Shown here: in pieces, positions 42,262 through 51,928 of the stretch
Numbering within the stretch: the first letter of the stretch is position 1
Layout of the letters: every line of letters starts with the position of its first letter
Source of the DNA: Nitrospirota bacterium
GTDB taxonomy: Bacteria; Nitrospirota; UBA9217
DNA: 64,000 nucleotides
Direction of reading: 5' to 3'
Assembly (NCBI GenBank): GCA_035623825.1
Contig: DASPSR010000062.1
Coordinates: 64,001-128,000, forward strand
The notes under the pieces: generated by a model
Seen by the model: only the letters and a program-made list of their open reading frames with translations
What the model was told of the DNA's origin: nothing
The model's database searches: none
Translations under genes and position numbers: made by a program

Positions 42262-42651
42262 ATGAAAAGCAGAATAGCCCTCTTCACAGTCGCAATCGTT
42301 TTATTCTTTTTTTCGCTTCGGGATTACGAAGCGACTCCCATTGAAGAACTGAAGGATAGCACGACGTGCGGAGTCTATGGAGAGAAGCTAGAACCCTATG
42401 TCGTCCGTCCTTTTGATGATAAGGGCGGGACACTTGAGGGTTTTGCAAACGGAAATAAGGTTTTCGTCCTGATAAAGCGCGTATATACCCATATGTGCAG
42501 GGACAAAGGCACGTTCCCTCGGTATCGGGTAGAAGTCAAGTTTAATGACAGTGTAGTATTTGCACTAAGTCATACGGATGTGCCATTTGCCATAAACACG
42601 TTCCATGACAACGTAAAGTATAGAGTCATATGCGTTAATAATTATTACTGA
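42262..42651 (+). CDS. Exported hypothetical protein
   Basis: Signal peptide/TM then a globular domain with 3 Cys. Confidence 0.6.
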   Translation: MKSRIALFTVAIVLFFFSLRDYEATPIEELKDSTTCGVYGEKLEPYVVRPFDDKGGTLEGFANGNKVFVLIKRVYTHMCRDKGTFPRYRVEVKFNDSVVFALSHTDVPFAINTFHDNVKYRVICVNNYY

Positions 42652-42993
42652 CCGGCGGTGATTGCCAGGGTCACTTCTCGTTTCTCTTTTTGCGTTGCGC
42701 GCGATACACGCATGAGAATGCTTTTCGAAGCTTCCCGTCTTGAGAGCCTGAAATAGATGTCAAGTCCCCGCCTCGCCCCTGTACTACGCCAATCCCGCTC
42801 ACGTCCCGCACGGAGCATACAGCCTGCCAGTCGATACATCCAGCACCGTTGGCCTCTGTGGAAACAGAAAGGAGCCAAGCGGTGTAGCGAAACCCCGGAT
42901 GATTTTTTGTGAGCCTTGTGGGATTGGGAAATCCCATCCGCCGCATAGGTTCTTGTTCCGGCAAGATGATGAACTGGATAAAGTGTCCTCTTC

Positions 42994-44352
42994 TCAATCC
43001 CCGTCATGCAACTGCTCACGTTTCGTAAGGCGGTTGCGAACAAAAGCGATGTGCCCGCGGAGAAAGTAGAATTGGTCGGCGAAGAATGCGGGCATTTTCA
43101 TTTTATTGACCTCTTCCTCGATATGATCGAGCCGCCCGATCAATTCTTTCCGCTCCTCGCGCGCCAAGCGAGTGATCAGATCACGCTCAAGCATCAGCAA
43201 GGCCCGGTACCATCGGTAAAGCCGCAGCTTGATGCGCCATCGATAGAGCGCAGGGATGAGCCGCAGCCCTGGGAGCAATACCACTGCCAGCGGCACGGCT
43301 ACGACGAGGATACGGTTCATAAGGCTTGCAAGATGGAAGGGAAGATAGCGATAGAGAAAGCTCTTCCCTGATTTGTAGTAGCGGCTCGCATCAGCGCTTA
43401 AGTGAAATTCATGCTCCAGCGGTGCTGGGAACTCGCCCTTGCGCTTGAACAGACTGGCGCTCCCGTGTACTTCGCCGGCCGCCTCAAGCAGCAAATCCGA
43501 CATCGCGGGATGCAGCTTGGCTCTCGCGATGAGCTCGACCGTAGGACCGATTAGAGAGACGTTGTGCGCAGGTATATCCTTGCCGAAATCGATGGAGCCC
43601 TTCGGCAGTTCCAGCTTGTTCAAATAGCCGAAGCGGCGCGTGTAGCCATCGGCCTGCATGAAATCAAAAAGCCGGATCCCCGGCATTTGCAGCAGTTTGC
43701 GCATGATCTGCGGGGAAGCGGCATCTCCCATCAAGAACGCGGCGTCTACCCTGTTCTCGAGAAGAGCCTTTGCCGCTTCTTCCGCGTCCAGATCCACCAG
43801 CGTAGTCGCGCCGCCCGGCTCGATGCCGTTGGCGGAGAGCAGGACCAGGGCCAGGGACCGTGTTCCGCTGCCCTCCGGACCGATGGCGAGCCGCTTGCCG
43901 TGGAGCTGGGAAAGCAGGTCGAGAGGCTGCGCACTTCTATAAAAAACCATGAGCGGTTCATAGGATACGCTCCCGAGCGAATTCAGGTTGTCGATATCCA
44001 GCGAACCTGACACACCGCTCTGGACAAAACCGATGTCAACCTTGAAAGCAGGGTCCGCTAGCCTCCTGATATTTTCGAGCGAGCCTTGGGATGGCAGGAT
44101 CTTCAGCTTAACGCCGCTGCGCGCCAATATCTTTGCGTATTTTTCGGCATTCCTCCGGAAGATGCTGCCCTCGGGGCCGCTCGTGATAATTATGGTTCGC
44201 GGCGGGGCCGCATGGAAGAACCAGTAAACAGCAAAGACAGTAAACAGGCCGATCAGAATAACGGAACTGAGTGCCGCTGCGCGGCTGAGTCCGAAAATCT
44301 CCATGAAGAGCGTCTGGACCCGAGTAAAGAAAGTTTTGCGACCTTTTCCCAT
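42994..44352 (-). CDS. TAXI-family solute-binding protein with TM anchors
   Basis: SQGSLENI, GFVQSG, IGPEGSGT; C-terminal TM plus coiled segment. Confidence 0.88.
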   Translation of the reverse strand: MGKGRKTFFTRVQTLFMEIFGLSRAAALSSVILIGLFTVFAVYWFFHAAPPRTIIITSGPEGSIFRRNAEKYAKILARSGVKLKILPSQGSLENIRRLADPAFKVDIGFVQSGVSGSLDIDNLNSLGSVSYEPLMVFYRSAQPLDLLSQLHGKRLAIGPEGSGTRSLALVLLSANGIEPGGATTLVDLDAEEAAKALLENRVDAAFLMGDAASPQIMRKLLQMPGIRLFDFMQADGYTRRFGYLNKLELPKGSIDFGKDIPAHNVSLIGPTVELIARAKLHPAMSDLLLEAAGEVHGSASLFKRKGEFPAPLEHEFHLSADASRYYKSGKSFLYRYLPFHLASLMNRILVVAVPLAVVLLPGLRLIPALYRWRIKLRLYRWYRALLMLERDLITRLAREERKELIGRLDHIEEEVNKMKMPAFFADQFYFLRGHIAFVRNRLTKREQLHDGD

Positions 44353-44641
44353 GGATCTTACCTCATCATTCCTGGCACTGACTGCAGAATGGGAAAGCAG
44401 CATCCCTTCTCGAGAGACAGCATAGATTAAAGATGGACAACTGTCAATAGCAGCACAGAGCTCTGTCTGTGACCGTTACGGGATCGCGAATGAGGCTGGT
44501 CTGTGGGATTTCTCAAGAATCCTACGATCAAAACATCGCGCGAACTCTTAGGCATGGCATAAGGGCATCTTGAAGGGCATAAAAACTCGATTAAGCTCTC
44601 AGCACGAAATCTATGTTATAAAGATTTGATGATCAAACACA

Positions 44642-44671
44642 AAAGGGATTAGCGTTAATTGCTAATCCCTT
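44642..44671 (-). terminator. Terminator hairpin after tRNA-Ala fragment 2
   Basis: AAGGGATTAGC-GTTAATT-GCTAATCCCTT. Confidence 0.8.
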
Positions 44672-44680
44672 GTAAGGTTT

Positions 44681-44723
44681 GTGGAGCTGAGGGGGATCGA
44701 ACCCCTGACCCCAAGACTGCCAG
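44681..44723 (-). repeat. att direct repeat: 43-bp copy of the tRNA-Ala 3' half
   Basis: Identical to 47941-47983. Confidence 0.95.
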
Positions 44724-44986
44724 ACGGTCTTGGGGCTTTTTTTTCTGTGGTGTTTCGTCATAACTGGCTATCTTTGTTCAGCACGAGAAGTCAATTGGAC
44801 AAGGGGAGATAGTCCCTTTTGCCGTTTGTTAATTACTGTATACTTGACAATCACTTGACAGTCCGCATTATCAACAAATGCTCGTTTCAGAAACTTGATA
44901 GTATACGAAGATAGTTTTACCTGTAACTCTTGGCATCCGTAATTACCTTCCTTTTGTCTTTATGCCACACTAGGTAGGGTTAAGGG

Positions 44987-45184
44987 TCATTTTTTCCGTA
45001 TCTGCATGAGGCCTAAGATAGTGCACGCAGCCCCGGCAATGAAATAGAACAATACCATATTCGATACGCCCGCACCGACCATCCTGCCAGCACGGGAGCC
45101 GAATGATCCACTTTCATTGAAACCAAGAATTAGCAATACAATTCCCGCAACAAGTATAATGGCACCGATGATCTTACTGTTCAT
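44987..45184 (-). CDS. DUF3185-like small membrane protein
   Basis: GGAGG RBS; two TM helices flanking ESGSFGS. Confidence 0.75.
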   Translation of the reverse strand: MNSKIIGAIILVAGIVLLILGFNESGSFGSRAGRMVGAGVSNMVLFYFIAGAACTILGLMQIRKK

Positions 45185-45262
45185 AGAGTATCCTCCATGC
45201 AGCACGTAACGCTGGATCGGGGGCAGCGCATTGTCCCATACCCCATATTCCTTCTCAAGTTA

Positions 45263-45427
45263 TTACTTCTTGCCAATAAGAAAATAAAGCACCATGCCAA
45301 CAATAGGTAAAACCAGTATCAGAATAATCCATAATATTTTTTTCCCTGTCGCCATTGAGCTTTTTAGAACATCAATAATGGCAATAATATCTAAAACCAG
45401 AACTACAAGCCCTAATATTGTGCTCAT
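45263..45427 (-). CDS. PLDc_N-domain small membrane protein
   Basis: DIIAIIDV.KS...KILWIILIL.LP.VG..LYFL; AGGAGG RBS. Confidence 0.85.
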   Translation of the reverse strand: MSTILGLVVLVLDIIAIIDVLKSSMATGKKILWIILILVLPIVGMVLYFLIGKK

Positions 45428-45915
45428 CGATCCTCCTTTGTCTGACAAGTGATTGGCTTTATCGGGGAATGTTTATAGTAAAACACCATTATGACGAATC
45501 GTCAATTTCCACCATTTGCAACTTTTCACTTTGTTGCATTTACGGACGTATTGTTAAGGAAGAGAGCTTTCTGCGATATTATTTGGTGCAACATCGATAG
45601 TAAAAGACACTGTTATTTAGGTTGGAAAAATCTTAAAAAATAAATTCCACATTGTTGAACGAACTTTGCAATATCTAAGTTGTATACTGCTTCGCAGTAC
45701 AGGAAGGAGCTTATTTCATCTCTTGCTTATTTTTGTTCATGACTTGTGTAATGAGTATTCTGCGAACCGTTCATTTCACTGAACTTTTCCAGATGGGCAT
45801 TGTCGCTCATCTAGATTTTCTTCTTTCGATCAAGCATTTTATACAACCTGCAAACTGATTCAACAACAAGACAATACCATTCGCTCAGAGTGATAACAGG
45901 TTCATATCCAAGCGC

Positions 45916-46065
45916 AAAGATTTTCACTTCCACGATCTCCGCCACACATTTGCATCATATCTCGTCATGGCTGGAGTGGATTTGACTACCGTGAAGGCAT
46001 TGCTCGGATACAAAGCGATTATGATGCCCCTCCGTTACACCCATCTACCACACTCACACAAATAA
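45916..46065 (+). pseudogene. Tyrosine integrase C-terminal stub (absent from the ORF track)
   Basis: [44 protein letters not shown]; LGH eroded to LGY. Confidence 0.9.
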
Positions 46066-46133
46066 ATGCTGTTCAAATCCTCGATTCCCCACTCATCGCA
46101 AAGTCTACTATGCAAAAACTGGACACTCAAACA

Positions 46134-46165
46134 AAAAAAGGGATTAGCGCTTATCGCTAACCCCT
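46134..46165 (-). terminator. Terminator hairpin after tRNA-Ala fragment 1
   Basis: AAAAAAGGGATTAGCG-CTTAT-CGCTAACCCCT. Confidence 0.8.
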
Positions 46166-46174
46166 GAATATTTT

Positions 46175-46219
46175 TGGTGGAGCTGAGGGGGATCGAACCC
46201 CTGACCCCAAGACTGCCAG
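46175..46219 (-). repeat. att direct repeat: 45-bp copy of the tRNA-Ala 3' half including CCA
   Basis: Identical to 47939-47983. Confidence 0.95.
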
Positions 46220-46481
46220 AGGCAAAAGGCAGAAAAAACACAATCCTTGATTAATCGCCTGGTTTCCCGTTTTTTAAAGACGAATCAAAGAATTGTCGGT
46301 TTTACGATGATTCTGTCTGTTGCGATAATTTTGCCCTTTCGGTTATGTTTTATCACATTTTTATCACAGTCACATAATTGGTGAGCAGACTCTCTGAAGG
46401 AATTATTGAGACTTACGATCAGCTATTATGAAACGCGAAGTATATTGGTAAGCACCTTGTTAGCCGCTGTGTTTAATAAAA

Positions 46482-47513
46482 TCACCGGAAAATCCTTAAG
46501 GCACATCCTATAGGTTGTGGACGACTGAAGTATTTATCGACATTTAGTATTTTCTCGACTGCGGGTTGTAAAGATGCAATAAGAGACCTTATTTCATCGT
46601 CGCTTTTATGATGTTGATATGCATGGTACCCAAAGCCATCAAAAGTGTTAAGAACTGTTGCCTTATATCTACGTTTTAATCTGCTGATAACAGTTTCGTC
46701 CTGGATTTTAGGAACATCACCCTGAACACAGAAGCCAACTTTCTCTACGATCACGCCTATGCCTGGAAACAATCTCACTATGCCCATAAACCTAGCGTAA
46801 CTGAGAATTGCCCAAAAGGGCATGTGGCTAAGCACTCCCCTTAACGAACGATATATCAAGTGAAACCGAATCCATCGAATGATTCCTTGATCGTTTAATC
46901 CGTAGCAGTTAAATACGAATTCGCCGCCTGGAGAAACTAATGCGAATAGAGCCTTGGCAGTCTTCTCGACTGATTGTGTGTGCTGTATTACGTTATGACA
47001 AATTACTATTCCGGGTATTGACTGCTCTTTGATTGGCGGCATATCAATTGAGCACTGAATTACGTCGTAGTTAGTGAAGCCACTTAGTTTAAGGTTTCTC
47101 TGAACTACATCATCAACGGAACTAGACAGATCCATCATGATAACATGTCGCGCACCGCTTTCTAACATCCATAGTGTTTGAGCACCACTTCCTCCTCCGG
47201 CATCAACTATGACTTTATCTTTAAATGCCTCCGTTGAACCAAATGTATTAGCAACTGTGTGATTGAGTCAATTGACTTTGAAGTCAGTAAAGTTAAAGTA
47301 ATTCCATTCGTCTCCAAACGATTCAACTGTTTTCTTTAGCTTTAGGTTAGAAACAAAACGAGGGATTCCGCTCTCAATGCGATATATGACACCATTTGGA
47401 CTTATAAGTTTACCTGAAGTAATTCCGCCTACTTGGTCATACACTGCGTCCTTCAAAGATAGCGGCTTTTTCGACATTGGGTCGCATAGATAATTGAGAA
47501 GCTCAGGGGTCAT
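46482..47513 (-). pseudogene. Trm112-like + class I SAM methyltransferase fusion with one in-frame TGA
   Basis: ORFs 47268-47513 and 46482-47168 share a frame; readthrough gives VN*LNH...VIVDAGGGSG (SAM motif I). Confidence 0.85.
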
Positions 47514-47668
47514 GCTTATCTCCTTTCAACAATTGCTTGAGGGCAGTTTTACGCTAACATATATTACCAGCTCGTACAAGGCGCTACATTCAGTGATTCA
47601 TTCCAAGGCAGAGCGTCTCTGAGTTTCAACTCAGTGATGGCATCTGCCAGAGTAACAAACTCTCCCTC

Positions 47669-47911
47669 ATGAGGGCGTTTTACCTTGCACGGGATCGCGC
47701 GAAGATCGAGAATTTCACCTTTCATGACCTTCGGCACACGTTCGCTACGAGATTAGCACAAGCGGGGATAGACCTTCACAAGATTGCGAAGCTACTTGGT
47801 CATAAGGACATTAAGATGACTCAGCGGTATTCGCATCATTGTCCTGACAGTTTGCGTGATGGTTTTGAAGTCCTCGAAAGAAATTATCACACCCAAATGA
47901 AAAAGGGCTAG
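47669..47911 (+). pseudogene. Tyrosine integrase C-terminal stub
   Basis: [12 protein letters not shown]...LLGHKDIKMTQRYSH; N-terminal domains missing. Confidence 0.92.
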
Positions 47912-47931
47912 CCGTTATAAGCTAACCCTTT
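47900..47931 (-). terminator. Terminator after tRNA-Ala
   Basis: AAAGGGCTAGC-CGTTATAA-GCTAACCCTTT. Confidence 0.8.
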
Positions 47932-47938
47932 GTATTCT

Positions 47939-48014
47939 TGGTGGAGCTGAGGGGGATCGAACCCCTGACCCCAAGACTGCCAGCCTTGTGCTCTCCCAGC
48001 TGAGCTACAGCCCC
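47939..48014 (-). tRNA. tRNA-Ala (GGC)
   Basis: GGGGCTGTAGCTCAGCTGGGAGAGC...CTGGCAG...TTCGATC...CTCCACCA; G3:U70 identity pair. Confidence 0.97.
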
Positions 48015-48049
48015 ATAGTACGCAAGCCATCTCCCGTGAATCGAAAATT

Positions 48050-48078
48050 AATGTAACATCATGCACCGGTGTTGTCAA
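48050..48078 (-). promoter_or_regulatory. Sigma70 promoter for tRNA-Ala
   Basis: TTGACA-17-TACATT on the minus strand. Confidence 0.7.
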
Positions 48079-48389
48079 GGGAAAAGACTGGAAGTCATGC
48101 GGCATTTGGTGCGTTGGAGCATTGATAAACCCTCTCCAGATGGCAGCATGCAAGAGCGGATTGGAGCAGCGTTGAACAGGGAGGAATTGCACGGATTTCT
48201 TCTCCGGCCGCAGTTTGATACAGACCGTGACCCCGTAAACCGTTTCCTAATGAACGTGACCTGGTTCCCAGTCTTGTTCGCGGATCCGGCGCATTTCGTA
48301 GAATTCCCGTAGCGAAATCCGGATACATAAATTAATTTTTCCTGCAAAATTATCTTGGAAAAAATAAGAAAATTGTATATAATGCGGTT

Positions 48390-50699
48390 ATGGCAGAAGG
48401 TAAGGACAGTGATAAAAAAGGTCCTCAAACCTCACCTCAAGCGTCTGCCGAGCGGGACCTTCCTATTGACACGAAGCTCCTGTCAGAAGCCGTCATCGAG
48501 CTCAATATCTCCCGTAAGAACGTCGGCATTTACCCCCCTGGTCACGTCCAGATCACCCGAAGCATAGACCGTGCATACGAGATCCTGCAGCGATTGTTCG
48601 AGATACGGCAGGAGATGACGCTCGGTGTGGCAAAGGACACTCTGCTTGTCGGGCAGGATTATCTCGATCAAAAGAACCCGGTCTTCCGCGACTTCGCCCT
48701 TTCCATGCACCAGCAAGGCATAGCAGCGGTCACCTTTGTCCATGGCCTGGACAAGGACGAGCTCGTGCGGTTCCACCGCGTTCTCACCACCAAACCGGAC
48801 GATATCAGGGCGTTGGGTGGTATTGAAAAAGTCATGTTCAATCTTGCCACCCCGCATATCAGGATTCTGCCTATCGACTACGGAAGTTTCCATCTTACAG
48901 AGGAGCAGGAGATAGTTCGCCCGGCGGCAAAGGTGGAGGGAGGAGAACGTACGGGCTCATCAGGAGGAGGCGGAGACAAGGCGGGGGTCGGCGTTTGGCA
49001 GGATTTTGTTTCCCACCTTACGGACGGCAAGCTGGCCGGTCCCGAGGAGCAGGGTGTCTCCGTGAAGGACATGGGGCAGATAGATCCTGCTGAACTCGCG
49101 CGACTTCTTAACGAGCGCAAGCTGGATGCGAATTCAGCAATCGAGAGCTATGACCGCATCATCACAACGCACATACGCGGAGCCGCCGAAAAAAAGCAAC
49201 TTACTCAAGAACAGTCCCTGAGCCTTGCAAACCTCAATACTCTCTTAAAGGACCTGAACCCCGAGCTCAGGAAACAGTTCCTATCCATTGCCGTTCAGCG
49301 CATCGCGTCGAGCGCGCCGTCAGCCGCGGAGGAGATCATCGGCGGTTTTACCGATGACATGGTCATCGAGATGATCGGGCAGGCGAACATGGAGGGAAGA
49401 GAAATATCACCGACCCTGGCGGGGCTCGTAGGCAAGCTGAGCAAAGCCCAATCGCAGGCAAAGAGCGCCGTACCGGCGCGACCGAAGAGCGAGGATCCGA
49501 AAAAGGCGGATACCGGCTCGCAAGGGCCAGTCATTCTTCCCGAGCACATGCAGAAGCTCTTTGAACGTGAAAAATACGAAGAATATGTATCGAAAGAGTA
49601 TGATGCAATGCTCAGACAGATGTCAACGGGCGCTGCCGTTGCAAGGAGCCACTTCCCCCTTATGGAACATGAGGAGTCACTGGAGGATGCACTCCTCGAC
49701 TTCCAGATAGGCCGCGCACTCCTCGCCTTCATGGAGGAAGACATTGAAGAGGAGGACTACAGGGAATTTGCCAAGAAGCTCATTGCCATTCTGCCCGGGT
49801 TTCTCGAAACCGGCAACTTCAAGCTTCTCTGGGACATTTCAGAAACGCTCAGGCGCCATTCCATTGAAAAGCCGGTGAAGGGCATCCGTGCCCAAGCCGA
49901 GGAATCTCGGAAGATATTCGCTGATGGGGAATTCATCTTCAAGGTGCTGAAAGCGTTCGACAGATGGATGAAAGACAAAGGCCAGGAGGCGGCAGGTTTG
50001 ATCCAGGCCATGGGTGCGGACACCGTGCCCGGGCTCCTGGAGCTGTACAGCGTGGACGCATCGGTGGGAGGAAGGCGGCTGATATTCAATCTGCTCTGCG
50101 CTTTCAGTGACAGGTCCGTGCCTGAGGCGTACAAGAGGCTGCATGATTCGCGGGCATACTATGTTAGGAATCTCCTCATCCTCATCAGACGGGCGGGTGA
50201 TCAGAAATCGATCCCCCATGTAAGACCATTGGTCAAGCACCAAGATGAGAAGGTCAGGATGGAGGCATTGAGCACGCTCCTGCATTTCAAGGATCCCGAA
50301 TCGGTGAAACTGCTGCGAGGCCGGATTCATTCAAAAGACCCAGATGTTGCCTCGCAGGCGATTGCCCTGGCAGGACAATACCGCGTGCACGATGTTACCG
50401 AGGATGTCCTGTCCCGCCTCAAACGGATTATCCTCTTCGAGACGGACTACGTCGTAAATGAGGAGATCATCTCGGCGCTTGGCGAGATTGGGGATGCCCG
50501 AGCGATGCCCGACCTGGAAAAGCTAGCACGTGCGGCCTGGTCACTCTATCCTCAACGGCTTATGCACATGAAGGAGCTCCTGTTCGAGTCGCTCGGCCGG
50601 TATCCGCGGGAGAGTATCGCCAGCATTCTCACGATAGGGGAGCGATTGAACAGCGAAAAGATCAGGAATTCATGCAGGAAACTGATGGAGAGGACGTGA
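48390..50699 (+). CDS. HEAT-repeat protein with an uncharacterised N-terminal YPxxH domain
   Basis: C-terminal HEAT repeats (YYVRNLL..L, VRMEAL, ALGEIGD). Confidence 0.85.
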   Translation: MAEGKDSDKKGPQTSPQASAERDLPIDTKLLSEAVIELNISRKNVGIYPPGHVQITRSIDRAYEILQRLFEIRQEMTLGVAKDTLLVGQDYLDQKNPVFRDFALSMHQQGIAAVTFVHGLDKDELVRFHRVLTTKPDDIRALGGIEKVMFNLATPHIRILPIDYGSFHLTEEQEIVRPAAKVEGGERTGSSGGGGDKAGVGVWQDFVSHLTDGKLAGPEEQGVSVKDMGQIDPAELARLLNERKLDANSAIESYDRIITTHIRGAAEKKQLTQEQSLSLANLNTLLKDLNPELRKQFLSIAVQRIASSAPSAAEEIIGGFTDDMVIEMIGQANMEGREISPTLAGLVGKLSKAQSQAKSAVPARPKSEDPKKADTGSQGPVILPEHMQKLFEREKYEEYVSKEYDAMLRQMSTGAAVARSHFPLMEHEESLEDALLDFQIGRALLAFMEEDIEEEDYREFAKKLIAILPGFLETGNFKLLWDISETLRRHSIEKPVKGIRAQAEESRKIFADGEFIFKVLKAFDRWMKDKGQEAAGLIQAMGADTVPGLLELYSVDASVGGRRLIFNLLCAFSDRSVPEAYKRLHDSRAYYVRNLLILIRRAGDQKSIPHVRPLVKHQDEKVRMEALSTLLHFKDPESVKLLRGRIHSKDPDVASQAIALAGQYRVHDVTEDVLSRLKRIILFETDYVVNEEIISALGEIGDARAMPDLEKLARAAWSLYPQRLMHMKELLFESLGRYPRESIASILTIGERLNSEKIRNSCRKLMERT

Positions 50700-50758
50700 C
50701 GGAAGATCCAACGTCGCGCATGCGGCTTTAACCGCATTGCATCGCGGCAGGACGACGT

Positions 50759-51928
50759 ATGGCTGATTATGATTTCCACGAAGGACTGACCCGTGTGATC
50801 GCACAGCTCACGGCTGCTATCACGAACACGAGTCTGTATGCACCGACCCATCCCCAGGTGGCGCAGTATGTCGCGAAAGCGCATGCCGTGCTTGCCGATA
50901 TGCTCCAGCTCAAGCCGGAGGTGACGGTCTTTCTTGTCGGCAACGACCTCGTGGCGGACAACAGGCAGATTTCGGAAACGGGGGCTTCATCCTATGTCGG
51001 TAATTTCACCCGAATCCTGAAGAAAAAGGCCGTTGAACGATTGACATTCGTCGCAGGGTTGCCGAAGGCCGAGCTCCAGACGCTGATACAGGACCTTGCG
51101 TCCCCTGACTCCACATCGGTCCGCTCCACTTCTTTTATAAAGCTCGGTAAGGTGGAACTGAGGGTCAAAAAAGGCGATGACCATGCGGACGGCAATGGCG
51201 GTAGTTCCTTCGAGGGGGTTTCGCAGGAGATTCTTCAGGAACTGCTCTCTCTCACACAGACAGAGCTCGACGAGCTGAAAGAGCTCTACCTGCGCATCAA
51301 GAAACACAAGAAGATCGATGTCCGCGGCGTGGACGAAATGGTCAAGGCGTTCATTCAGGCGTTTCGTCAGGAGATCAACCCGATAAGTCTTCTCGCCTCG
51401 CTCAAGTCCGCCCATGAATATACCTTCACCCATGTCACGAATGTCTGTATCCTTACCATGAGCCAAGCGGAGACGCTCGGGTTCACTGGCGAGCACCTGC
51501 ATCAGATCGGCGTCGCCTCCCTGCTTCATGATGTCGGAAAGATATTTATACCCGAAGAGATCCTGAGCAAGCCCGGCAAGCTCACCCAGGACGAGCGCAA
51601 AATAATAGAGACGCACACCGTCAAGGGCGCCCGGTATCTCATGGGGATTGACGGGATCCCCAAGCTCGCCGTGCTTTGCGCCTTGGAGCACCACTTGAAG
51701 TATAACGGGAGCGGATACCCATCGATCAGGGGCGGGTGGCGACCGAACATCGCGAGCCAGCTTATCACCGTCGCCGATGTGTTCGATGCCTTGCGCAGCA
51801 GGCGTTCATACCATGATGACATCCCGATCGAGAAGATCGTCGGGATCCTGAACAGCGAAAAGGGAACCACTTTCAATCCCCAGCTCGTAGAGCATTTCCT
51901 GAGGCTCATACGGTACCAGCCAAAATGA
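50759..51928 (+). CDS. HD-GYP phosphodiesterase
   Basis: EYTFTH, LHDVGK, HHLKYNGSGYP, ADVFDAL. Confidence 0.92.
   Translation: MADYDFHEGLTRVIAQLTAAITNTSLYAPTHPQVAQYVAKAHAVLADMLQLKPEVTVFLVGNDLVADNRQISETGASSYVGNFTRILKKKAVERLTFVAGLPKAELQTLIQDLASPDSTSVRSTSFIKLGKVELRVKKGDDHADGNGGSSFEGVSQEILQELLSLTQTELDELKELYLRIKKHKKIDVRGVDEMVKAFIQAFRQEINPISLLASLKSAHEYTFTHVTNVCILTMSQAETLGFTGEHLHQIGVASLLHDVGKIFIPEEILSKPGKLTQDERKIIETHTVKGARYLMGIDGIPKLAVLCALEHHLKYNGSGYPSIRGGWRPNIASQLITVADVFDALRSRRSYHDDIPIEKIVGILNSEKGTTFNPQLVEHFLRLIRYQPK

Larger units (their letters stand above)
44681..46219. mobile_element. Mini-island B (1496-bp unit) at tRNA-Ala
   Basis: Bounded by two tRNA-Ala 3' repeats; integrase stub; ACTTGACA-type arm repeats. 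Confidence 0.8.
46175..47983. mobile_element. Mini-island A (1764-bp unit) at tRNA-Ala
   Basis: Bounded by tRNA-Ala and its 3' repeat; integrase stub; TTATCACA arm repeats. Confidence 0.85.

Noticed and set aside
42645-43043. ORFs 42671-42997 and 42645-43043 downstream of the TAXI gene
   Set aside because: No recognisable motifs, they overlap each other, and composition is not protein-like
44681-46219. Two additional tRNA-Ala genes
   Set aside because: Only the 3' half is present; the D-arm and 5' acceptor strand are missing
47268-47270. Selenocysteine or alternative genetic code at the in-frame TGA
   Set aside because: Context suggests Trp rather than Cys, no evident SECIS hairpin, other Trp codons are TGG, and TGA ends this gene and many others
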